Shown piece after piece: positions 1 through 12,169 of a DNA stretch of 64,000 nt. Under the pieces are notes generated by a model. That model did no database searches. It was not told where the DNA came from and saw only the letters and a program-made list of their open reading frames with translations. The position numbers were made by a program, and so were the translations under genes. Position 1 is the first letter of the stretch. Each line of letters begins with the position of its first letter. This DNA comes from Leptogorgia sarmentosa (Eukaryota). The stretch spans positions 2,294,001-2,358,000 of the forward strand of contig OZ210884.1 in the NCBI GenBank assembly GCA_964658305.1. The letters run 5' to 3'.

Positions 1-2249
1 TATTTTTATCACACGTTTACGAAATTTTCGCTGCACATTCCTCTTGGCATGGTGAATACGCATGGTAAATTTGGTGCCGACACCATTCAAAATGGAAGCC
101 ACAGAAGCAATCAAGTCCCTTCACCTGGTATGGTATATTTGCTATTGCTATTGCTCCTGTTGAGATTCCTTTGAAACAACGGGCTACCCATCATCATGCC
201 CTTGCTCGTATTTTTATCACAGGTTTACGAGATTTTCGCTGCACATTTCTCTTGGCATGGTGAATAGGCATGGTAAATTTGGTGGCGACACCATTCAAAA
301 TGGAAGCCACAGAAGCAATCAAGTCCCTTAACCTGGTATGGTATATTTGCTATTGCTATTGCTCCTGTTGAGATTCCTTTGAAACAACGGGCTACCCATC
401 ATCATGCCCTTGCTCGTATTTTAATCACAGGTTTACGAAATTTTCGCTGCACATTGCTCTTGGCATGGTGAATACGCATGGTAAATTTGGTGGCGACACC
501 ATTCAAAATGGAAGCCACAGAAGCAATCAAGTCCCTTCACCTGGTATGGTATATTTGCTATTGCTATTGCTCCTGTTGAGATTCCTTTGAAACCACGGGC
601 TACCCATCATCATGCCCTTGCTCGTATTTTTATCACAGGTTTACGAAATTTTCGCTGCGCATTGCTCTTGGAATGGTGAATACGCATGGTAAATTTGGTG
701 GCGACACCATTCAAAATGGAAGCCACAGAAGCAGTCAAGTCCCTTCACCTGGGATGGTATATTTGCTATTGCTATTGCTCCTGTTGAGATTCCTTTGAAA
801 CAACCGGTTACCCATCATCATGCCCTTGCTCGTATTTTTATCAAAGGTTTACGAAATTTTCGCTGCGCATTGCTCTTGGCATGGTGAATACGCATGGTAA
901 ATTTGGTGGCGACACCATTCAAAATGGAAGCCACAGAAGCAATCAAGTCCCTTCTCCTGGTATGGTATATTTGCTATTGCTCCTGTTGAGATTCCTTTGA
1001 AACAACGGGCTACCCATCATAATGCCCTTGCTCGTATTTTTATAACAGGTTTACGAAATTTACGCTGTACATTGCTCTTGGCGATGGTGAATACGCATGG
1101 TAAATTTGGTGGCGACACCATTCAAAATGGAAGCCACAGAAGCAATCAAGTCCCTTCACCTGGTATGGTATATTTGCTATTGCTATTGCTCCTGTGGAGA
1201 TTCCTTTGAAACAACGGGCTACCCATCATCATGCCCTTGCTCGTATTTTTATCACAGGTTTAAGAAATTTTCGCTACACATTGCTCTTGGCATGGTGAAT
1301 ACGCATGGTAAATTTGGTTGCGACACCATTCAAAATGGAAGCCACAGAAGCAATCAAGTCCCTTCACCTGGTATGGTATATTTGCTATTGCTATTGCTCC
1401 TGTTGAGATTCCTTTGAAACAACGGGCTACCCATCATCATGCCCTTGCTCGTATTTTTATCACAGGTTTACGAAATTTTCGCTGCACATTGCTCTTGGCA
1501 TGGTGAATACGCATGGTAAATTTGGTGGCGACACCATTCAAAATGGAAGCCACAGAAGCAATCAAGTCCCTTCACCTGGTATGGTATATTTGCTATTGCT
1601 ATTGCTCCTGTTGAGATCCCTTTGAAACAACGGGCTACCCATCATCATGCCCTTGCTCGTATTTTTATCACAGGTTTACGAAATTTTCGCTGCACATTGC
1701 TCTTGGCATGGTGAATAGGCATGGTAAATTTGATGGCGACACCATTCAAAATGGAAGCCACAGAAGCAATCAAGTCCCTTCACCTGGTATGGTATATTTG
1801 CTATTGCTATTGCTCCTGTTGAGATTCCTTTGAAACAACGGGCTACCCATCATCATGCCGTTGCTCGTATTTTTATCACAGGTTTACGAAATTTTCGCTG
1901 CATATTGCTCTTGGCATGGTGAATACGCATGGTAAATTTGGTGGCGACACCATTCAAAATGGAAGCCACAGAAGCAATCAAGTCCCTTCACCTGGTATGG
2001 TATATTTGCTATTGCTATTGCTCCTGTTGAGATTCCTTTGAAACAACGGGCTACCCATCATCATGCCCTTGCTCGTATTTTTATCACAGGTTTACGAAAT
2101 TTTCGCTGCACATTGCTCTTGGCATGGTGAATAGGCATGGTAAATTTGGTGGCGACACCATTCAAAATGGAAGCCACAGAAGCAATCAAGTCCCTTCACC
2201 TGGTATGGTATATTTGCTATTGCTATTGCTCCTGTTGAGATTCCTTTGA

Positions 2250-5200
2250 AACAATGGGCTACCCATCATCATGCCCTTGCTCGTATTTTTATCACACGTT
2301 TACGAAATTTTCGCTGCACATTGCTCTTGGCATGGTGAATACGCATGTTAAATTTGGTGGCGACACCATTCAAAATGGAAGCCACAGAAGCAATCAAGTC
2401 CCTTCACCTGGTATGGTATATTTGCTATTGCTATTGCTCCTGTTGAGATTCCTTTGAAACAACGGGCTACCCATCATCATGCCCTTGCTCGTATTTTTAT
2501 CACAGGTTTACGAAATTTTCGCTGCGCCTTGCTCTTGGCATGGTGAATACGCATGGTAAATTTGGTGGTGACACCATTCAAAATGGAAGCCACAGAAGCA
2601 ATCAAGTCCCTTCACCTGGTATGGTATATTTGCTATTGCTATTGCTCCTGTTGAGATTACTTTGAAACAACGGGCTACCCATCATCATGCCCTTGCTCGT
2701 ATTTTTTTCTAAGGTTTACGAAATTTTCGCTGCACATTGCTCTTGGCATGGTGAATACGCATGGGAAATTTGGTGTCGACACAATTCAAAATGGAAGCCA
2801 CAGAAGCAATCAAGTCCCTTCACTTGGTATGGTATATTTGCTATTGCTATTGCTCCTGTTGAGATTCCTTTGAAACAACGGGCTACCCATCATCATGCCC
2901 TTGCTCATATTTTTATTACAGGTTTACCAAATTTACGCTGCGCATTGCTCTTGGCATGGTGAATACGCATGGTAAATTTGGTGGCGACACCAGTCAAAAT
3001 GGAAGCCACAGAAGCAATCAAGTCCCTTCACCTGGTATGGTATCTTTGCTATTGCTCCTGTTGAGATTCCTTGGAAACAACGGGCTACCCATCATCATGC
3101 ACTTGCTCGTATTTTTATCACAGGTTTACGAAATTTTCGCTGCACATTGCTCTTGGCATGGTGAATAGGCATGGTAAATTTGGTGGCGACACCATTCAAA
3201 ATGGAAGCCACAGAAGCAATCAAGTCCCTTCACCTGGTATGGTATATTTGCTATTGCTATTGCTCCTGTTGAGATTCCTTTGAAACAATGGGCTACCCAT
3301 CATCATGCCCTTGCTCGTATTTTTATCACACGTTTACGAAATTTTCGCTGCACATTGCTCTTGGCATGGTGAATACGCATGTTAAATTTGGTGGCGACAC
3401 CATTCAAAATGGAAGCCACAGAAGCAATCAAGTCCCTTCACCTGGTATGGTATATTTGCTATTGCTATTGCTCCTGTTGAGATTCCTTTGAAACAACGGG
3501 CTACCCATCATCATGCCCTTGCTCGTATTTTTATCACAGGTTTACGAAATTTTCGCTGCACCTTGCTCTTGGCATGGTGAATACGCATGTTAAATTTGGT
3601 GGCGACACCATTCAAAATGGAAGCCACAGAAGCAATCAAGTCCCTTCACCTGGTATGGTATATTTGCTATTGCTATTGCTCCTGTTGAGATTCCTTTGAA
3701 ACAACGGGCTACCCATCATCATGCCCTTGCTCGTATTTTTATCACAGGTTTACGAAATTTTCGCTGCACATTGCTCTTGGCATGGTGAATACGCATGGGA
3801 AATTTGGTGTCGACACAATTCAAAATGGAAGCCACAGAAGCAATCAAGTCCCTTCACTTGGTATGGTATATTTGCTATTGCTATTGCTCCTGTTGAGATT
3901 CCTTTGAAATAACGGGCTACCCATCATCATGCCCTTGCTCATATTTTTATTACAGGTTTACCAAATTTACGCTGCGCATTGCTCTTGGCATGGTGAATAC
4001 GCATGGTAAATTTGGTGGCGACACCAGTCAAAATGGAAGCCACAGAAGCAATCAAGTCCCTTCACCTGGTATGGTATCTTTGCTATTGCTCCTGTTGAGA
4101 TTCCTTGGAAACAACGGGCTACCCATCATCATGCACTTGCTCGTATTTTTATCACAGGTTTACCAAATTTACGCTGCGCATTGCTCTTGGCATGGTGAAT
4201 ACGCATGGTAAATTTGGTGGCGACACCAGTCAAAATGGAAGCCACAGAAGCAATCAAGTCCCTTCACCTGGTATGGTATCTTTGCTATTGCTCCTGTTGA
4301 GATTCCTTTGAAACAACGGGCTACCCATCATCATGCCCTTGCTCGTATTTTTATCACAGGTTTACGAAATTTTCGCTGCACATTGCTCTTGGCATGGTGA
4401 ATACGCATGGTAAATTTGGTGGCGACACCATTCAAAATGGAAGCCACAGAAGCAATCAAGTCCCTTCACCTGGTATGGTATATTTGCTATTGCTATTGCT
4501 CCTGTTGAGATTCCTTTGAAACAACGGGCTACCCATCATCATGCCCTTGCTCGTATTTTTATCACAGGTTTACGAAATTTTCGCTGCACCTTGCTCTTGG
4601 CATGGTGAATACGCATGTTAAATTTGGTGGCGACACCATTCAAAATGGAAGCCACAGAAGCAATCAAGTCCCTTCACCTGGTATGGTATATTTGCTATTG
4701 CTATTGCTCCTGTTGAGATTACTTTGAAACAACGGGCTACCCATCATCATGCCCTTGCTCGTATTTTTTTCTAAGGTTTACGAAATTTTCGCTGCGCATT
4801 GCCCTTGGCATGGTGAATACGCATGGTAAATTTAGTGGCGACACCATTCAAAATGGAAGCCACAGAAGCAATCAAGTCCCTTCACCTGGTATGGTGTATT
4901 TGCTATTGCTATTGCTCCTGTTGAGATTCCTTTGAAACAACGGGCTACCCATCATCATGCCCTTGCTCGTATTTTTATCACAGGTTTACGAAATTTTCGC
5001 TGCACATTGCTCTTGGCATGGTGAATACGCATGGTAAATTTGCTGGCGACACCATTCAAAATGGAAGCCACAGAAGCAATCAAGTCCCTTCACCTGGTAT
5101 TGTGTATTTGCTATTGCTATTGCTCCTGTTGAGATTCCTTTGAAACAACGGGCTACCCATCATCATGTCCTTGCTCGTATTTTTATCACAGGTTTACGAA

Positions 5201-8200
5201 ATTTTCGCTGCACATTGCTCTTGGCATGGTGAATACGCATGGTAAATTCGGTAGCGACACCATTCAAAATGGAAGCCACAGAAGCAATCAAGTCCCTTCA
5301 CCTGGTATGGTATATTTGCTATTGCTATTGCTCCTGTTGAGATTCCTTTGAAACAACGGGCTACCCATCATCAAGCCCTTGCTCGTATTTTTATCACAGG
5401 TTTACGAAATTTTCGCTGCACATTGCTCTTGGCATGGTGAATACTCATGGTAAATTTGATGGCGACACCATTCAAAATGGAAGCCACAGAAGCAATCAAG
5501 TCCCTTCACCTGGTATGGTATATTTGCTATTGCTATTGCTCCTGTTGAGATTCCTTTGAAACAACGGGCTACCCATCATCATGCCCTTGCTCGTATTTTT
5601 ATCACAGGTTTACGAAATTTTCGCTGCACATTGCTCTTGGCATGGTGAATACGCATGGGAAATTTGGTGTCGACACAATTCAAAATGGAAGCCACAGAAG
5701 CAATCAAGTCCCTTCACTTGGTATGGTATATTTGCTATTGCTATTGCTCCTGTTGAGATTCCTTTGAAACAACGGGCTACCCATCATCATGCCCTTGCTC
5801 ATATTTTTATTACAGGTTTACCAAATTTACGCTGCGCATTGCTCTTGGCATGGTGAATACGCATGGTAAATTTGGTGGCGACACCAGTCAAAATGGAAGC
5901 CACAGAAGCAATCAAGTCCCTTCACCTGGTATGGTATCTTTGCTATTGCTCCTGTTGAGATTCCTTGGAAACAACGGGCTACCCATCATCATGCACTTGC
6001 TCGTATTTTTATCACAGGTTTACCAAATTTACGCTGCGCATTGCTCTTGGCATGGTGAATACGCATGGTAAATTTGGTGGCGACACCAGTCAAAATGGAA
6101 GCCACAGAAGCAATCAAGTCCCTTCACCTGGTATGGTATATTTGCTATTGCTATTGCTCCTGTTGAGATTACTTTGAAACAACGGGCTACCCATCATCAT
6201 GCCCTTGCTCGTATTTTTTTCTAAGGTTTACGAAATTTTCGCTGCGCATTGCCCTTGGCATGGTGAATACGCATGGTAAATTTAGTGGCGACACCATTCA
6301 AAATGGAAGCCACAGAAGCAATCAAGTCCCTTCACCTGGTATGGTGTATTTGCTATTGCTATTGCTCCTGTTGAGATTCCTTTGAAACAACGGGCTACCC
6401 ATCATCATGCCCTTGCTCGTATTTTTATCACAGGTTTACGAAATTTTCGCTGCACATTGCTCTTGGCATGGTGAATACGCATGGTAAATTTGCTGGCGAC
6501 ACCATTCAAAATGGAAGCCACAGAAGCAATCAAGTCCCTTCACCTGGTATTGTGTATTTGCTATTGCTATTGCTCCTGTTGAGATTCCTTTGAAACAACG
6601 GGCTACCCATCATCATGTCCTTGCTCGTATTTTTATCACAGGTTTACGAAATTTTCGCTGCACATTGCTCTTGGCATGGTGAATACGCATGGGAAATTTG
6701 GTGTCGACACAATTCAAAATGGAAGCCACAGAAGCAATCAAGTCCCTTCACTTGGTATGGTATATTTGCTATTGCTATTGCTCCTGTTGAGATTCCTTTG
6801 AAACAACGGGCTACCCATCATCATGCCCTTGCTCATATTTTTATTACAGGTTTACCAAATTTACGCTGCGCATTGCTCTTGGCATGGTGAATACGCATGG
6901 TAAATTTGGTGGCGACACCAGTCAAAATGGAAGCCACAGAAGCAATCAAGTCCCTTCACCTGGTATGGTATCTTTGCTATTGCTCCTGTTGAGATTCCTT
7001 GGAAACAACGGGCTACCCATCATCATGCACTTGCTCGTATTTTTATCACAGGTTTACCAAATTTACGCTGCGCATTGCTCTTGGCATGGTGAATACGCAT
7101 GGTAAATTTGGTGGCGACACCAGTCAAAATGGAAGCCACAGAAGCAATCAAGTCCCTTCACCTGGTATGGTATATTTGCTATTGCTATTGCTCCTGTTGA
7201 GATTACTTTGAAACAACGGGCTACCCATCATCATGCCCTTGCTCGTATTTTTTTCTAAGGTTTACGAAATTTTCGCTGCGCATTGCCCTTGGCATGGTGA
7301 ATACGCATGGTAAATTTAGTGGCGACACCATTCAAAATGGAAGCCACAGAAGCAATCAAGTCCCTTCACCTGGTATGGTGTATTTGCTATTGCTATTGCT
7401 CCTGTTGAGATTCCTTTGAAACAACGGGCTACCCATCATCATGCCCTTGCTCGTATTTTTATCACAGGTTTACGAAATTTTCGCTGCACATTGCTCTTGG
7501 CATGGTGAATACGCATGGTAAATTTGCTGGCGACACCATTCAAAATGGAAGCCACAGAAGCAATCAAGTCCCTTCACCTGGTATTGTGTATTTGCTATTG
7601 CTATTGCTCCTGTTGAGATTCCTTTGAAACAACGGGCTACCCATCATCATGTCCTTGCTCGTATTTTTATCACAGGTTTACGAAATTTTCGCTGCACATT
7701 GCTCTTGGCATGGTGAATACGCATGGTAAATTCGGTAGCGACACCATTCAAAATGGAAGCCACAGAAGCAATCAAGTCCCTTCACCTGGTATGGTATATT
7801 TGCTATTGCTATTGCTCCTGTTGAGATTCCTTTGAAACAACGGGCTACCCATCATCAAGCCCTTGCTCGTATTTTTATCACAGGTTTACGAAATTTTCGC
7901 TGCACATTGCTCTTGGCATGGTGAATACTCATGGTAAATTTGATGGCGACACCATTCAAAATGGAAGCCACAGAAGCAATCAAGTCCCTTCACCTGGTAT
8001 GGTATATTTGCTATTGCTATTGCTCCTGTTGAGATTCCTTTGAAACAACGGGCTACCCATCATCATGCCCTTGCTCGTATTTTTATCACAGGTTTACGAA
8101 ATTTTCGCTGCACATTGCTCTTGGCATGGTGAATACGCATGGGAAATTTGGTGTCGACACAATTCAAAATGGAAGCCACAGAAGCAATCAAGTCCCTTCA

Positions 8201-8660
8201 CTTGGTATGGTATATTTGCTATTGCTATTGCTCCTGTTGAGATTCCTTTGAAACAACGGGCTACCCATCATCATGCCCTTGCTCATATTTTTATTACAGG
8301 TTTACCAAATTTACGCTGCGCATTGCTCTTGGCATGGTGAATACGCATGGTAAATTTGGTGGCGACACCAGTCAAAATGGAAGCCACAGAAGCAATCAAG
8401 TCCCTTCACCTGGTATGGTATCTTTGCTATTGCTCCTGTTGAGATTCCTTGGAAACAACGGGCTACCCATCATCATGCACTTGCTCGTATTTTTATCACA
8501 GGTTTACCAAATTTACGCTGCGCATTGCTCTTGGCATGGTGAATACGCATGGTAAATTTGGTGGCGACACCAGTCAAAATGGAAGCCACAGAAGCAATCA
8601 AGTCCCTTCACCTGGTATGGTATCTTTGCTATTGCTCCTGTTGAGATTCCTTTGAAACAA
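2250..8660. repeat. Irregular higher-order repeat region (periods of 5, 9, 5 and 7 monomers)
   Basis: Marker GGGAAATTTGGTGTCGACACAATT at ~2763, 3797, 5657, 6691, 8141 (offsets 1034, 1860, 1034, 1450). Each copy is followed by the same variant monomer (CTCATATTTTTATTAC..ACCAGTC..GTATCTTTG..CCTTGGAAAC). Confidence 0.88.
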
Positions 8661-11600
8661 CGGGCTACCCATCATCATGCCCTTGCTCGTATTTTTATCA
8701 CAGGTTTACGAAATTTTCGCTGCACATTGCTCTTGGCATGGTGAATACGCATAGTAAATTTGGTGGCGACACCATTCAAAATGGAAGCCACAGAAGCAAT
8801 CAAGTCCCTTCACCTGGTATGGTATATTTGCTATTGCTATTGCTCCTGTTGAGATTCCTTTGAAACAACGGGCTACCCATCATCATGCCCTTGCTCGTAT
8901 TTTTATCACAGGTTTACGAAATTTTCGCTGCGCATTGCTCTTGGCATGGTGAATACGCATGGTAAATTTGGTGGCGACACCATTCAAAATGGAAGCCACA
9001 GAAGCAGTCAAGTCCCTTCACCTGGGATGGTATATTTGCTATTGCTATTGCTCCTGTTGAGATTCCTTTGAAACAACGGGTTACCCATCATCATGCCCTT
9101 GCTCGTATTTTTATGACAGGTTTACGAAATTTTCGCTGCGCATTGCTCTTGGCATGGTGAATACGCATGGTAAATTTGGTGGCGACACCATTCAAAATGG
9201 AAGCCACAGAAGCAATCAAGTCCCTTCTCCTGGTATGGTATATTTGCTATTGCTCCTGTTGAGATTCCTTTGAAACAACGGGCTACCCATCATAATGCCC
9301 TTGCTCGTATTTTTATAACAGGTTTACGAAATTTACGCTGTACATTGCTCTTGGCGATGGTGAATACGCATGGTAAATTTGGTGGCGACACCATTCAAAA
9401 TGGAAGCCACAGAAGCAATCAAGTCCCTTCACCTGGTATGGTATATTTGCTATTGCTATTGCTCCTGTTGAGATTCCTTTGAAACAACGGGCTACCCATC
9501 ATCATGCCCTTGCTCGTATTTTTATCACAGGTTAACGAAATTTTCGCTGCACATTGCTCTTGGCATGGTGAATACGCATGGTAAATTTGGTGGCGACACC
9601 ATTCAAAATGGAAGCCACAGAAGCAATCAAGTCCCCTCACCTGGTATGGTGTATTTGCTATTGCTATTGCTCCTGTTGAGATTCCTTTGAAACAACGGGC
9701 TACCCATCATCATGTCCTTGCTCGTATTTTTATCACAGGTTTACGAAATTTTCGCTGCACATTGCTCTTGGCATGGTGAATACGCATGGTAAATTCGGTA
9801 GCGACACCATTCAAAATGGAAGCCACAGAAGCAATCAAGTCCCTTCACCTGGTATGGTATATTTGCTATTGCTATTGCTCCTGTTGAGATTACTTTGAAA
9901 CAACGGGCTACCCATCATCATGCCCTTGCTCGTATTTTTATCACAGGTTTACGAAATTTTCGCTGCACATTGCCCTTGGCATGGTGAATACGCATGGTAA
10001 ATTTAGTGGCGACACCATTCAAAATGGAAGCCACAGAAGCAATCAAGTCCCTTCACCTGGTATGGTATATTTGCTATTGCTATTGCTCCTGTTGAGATTA
10101 CTTTGAAACAACGGGCTACCCATCATCATGCCCTTGCTCGTATTTTTATCACAGGTCTACGAAATTTTCGCTGTACATTGCTCTTGGCATGGTGAATACG
10201 CATGGTAAATTTGGTGGCGACACCATTCAAAATGGAAGCCACAGAAGCAATCAAGTCCCTTCACCTGGTATGGTATATTTGCTATTGCTATTGCTCCTGT
10301 TGAGATTCCTTTGAAACAACGGGCTACCCATCATCATGCCCTTGCTCGTATTTTTATCACAGGTTTACGAAATTTTCGCTGCACATTGCTCTTGGCATGG
10401 TGAATACGCATGGTAAATTTGGTGGCGACACCATTCAAAATGGAAGCCACAGAAGCAATCAAGTCCCTTCACCTGGTATGGTATATTTGCTATTGCTATT
10501 GCTCCTGTGTAGATTCCTTTGAAACAACGGGCTACCCATCATCATGCCCTTGCTCGTATTTTTATCACAGGTTTAAGAAATTTTCGCTACACATTGCTCT
10601 TGGCATGGTGAATACGCATGGTAAATTTGGTGGCGACACCATTCAAAATGGAAGCCACAGAAGCAATCAAGTCCCTTCACCTGGTATGGTATATTTGCTA
10701 TTGCTATTGCTCCTGTTGAGATTCCTTTGAAACAACGGGCTACCCATCATCATGCCCTTGCTCGTATTTTTATCACAGGTTTACGAAATTTTCGCTGCGC
10801 ATTGCTCTTGGCATGGTGAATACGCATGGTAAATTTGGTGGCGACACCATTCAAAATGGAAGCCACAGAAGCAGTCAAGTCCCTTCACCTGGGATGGTAT
10901 ATTTGCTATTGCTATTGCTCCTGTTGAGATTCCTTTGAAACAACCGGTTACACATCATCATGCCCTTGCTCGTATTTTTATCACAGGTTTACGAAATTTT
11001 CGCTGCACATTGCTCTTGGCATGGTGAGTACGCATTGTAAATTTGGTGGCGACACCATTCAAAATGGAAGCCACAGAAGCAATCAAGTCCCTTCACCTGG
11101 TATGGTATATTTGCTATTGCTCCTGTTGAGATTCCTTTCAAACAACGGGCTACCCATCATCATGCCCTTGCTCGTATTTTTATCACAGGTTTACGAAATT
11201 TTCGCTGCACATTGCTCTTGGCATGGTGAATACGCATGGTAAATTTGGTGGCGACACCATTCAAAATGGAAGCCACAGAAGCAATCAAGTCCCTTCACCT
11301 GGTATGGTATATTTGCTATTGCTATTGCTCCTGTTGAGATTCCTTTGAAACAACGGGCTACCCATCATCATGCCCTTGCTCGTATTTTTATCACAGGTTT
11401 ACGAAATTTTCGCTGCACATTGCTCTTGGCATGGTGAGTACGCATTGTAAATTTGGTGGCGACACCATTCAAAATGGAAGCCACAGAAGCAATCAAGTCC
11501 CTTCACCTGGTATGGTATATTTGCTATTGCTATTGCTCCTGTTGAGATTCCTTTGAAACAACGGGCTACCCATCATCATGCCCTTGCTCGTATTTTTATC

Positions 11601-12169
11601 ACAGGTTTACGAAATTTTCGCTGCACATTGCTCTTGGCATGGTGAATACGCATGGTAAATTTGGTGGCGACACCATTCAAAATGGAAGCCACAGAAGCAA
11701 TCAAGTCCCTTCACCTGGTATGGTATATTTGCTATTGCTATTCCTCCTGTTGAGATTCCTTTGAAACAACGGGCTACCCATCATCATGCCCTTGCTCGTA
11801 TTTTTATCACAGGTTTACGAAATTTTCGCGGCGCATTGCTCTTGGCATGGTGAAAACGCATGGTAAATTTGGTGGTGACACCAGTCAAAATGGAAGCCAC
11901 AGAAGCAATCAAGTCCCTTCACCTGGTATGGAATATTTGCTATTGCTATTGCTCCTGTTGAGATTCCTTTGAAACAACGGGCTACCCATCATCATGCCCT
12001 TGCTCGTATTTTTATCACAGGTTTACGAGATTTTCGCTGCACATTTCCCTTGGCATGGTGAATAGGCATGGTAAATTTGGTGGCGACACCATTCAAAATG
12101 GAAGCCACAGAAGCAATCAAGTCCCTTCTCCTGGTATGGTATATTTGCTATTGCTCCTGTTGAGATTCC

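Noticed and set aside
165..184. CENP-B box-like ATTCCTTTGAAACAACGGGC
   Set aside because: It resembles YTTCGTTGGAARCGGGA only after removing 3 nt, and it has TTCC in place of the essential TTCG. The core spacing is wrong, so I do not call it a functional box.
1..208. 5S rRNA, tRNA or snRNA tandem gene cluster
   Set aside because: I see no recognisable 5S, tRNA cloverleaf, A/B box or snRNA sequence on either strand. The 208 bp length match to the sea-urchin 5S nucleosome fragment is coincidental.
1..208. Phased A/T tracts implying intrinsic curvature
   Set aside because: There are only a few tracts (~3, 22, 67, 89, 138, 170) with inconsistent 10 bp phasing, which is too weak to claim.
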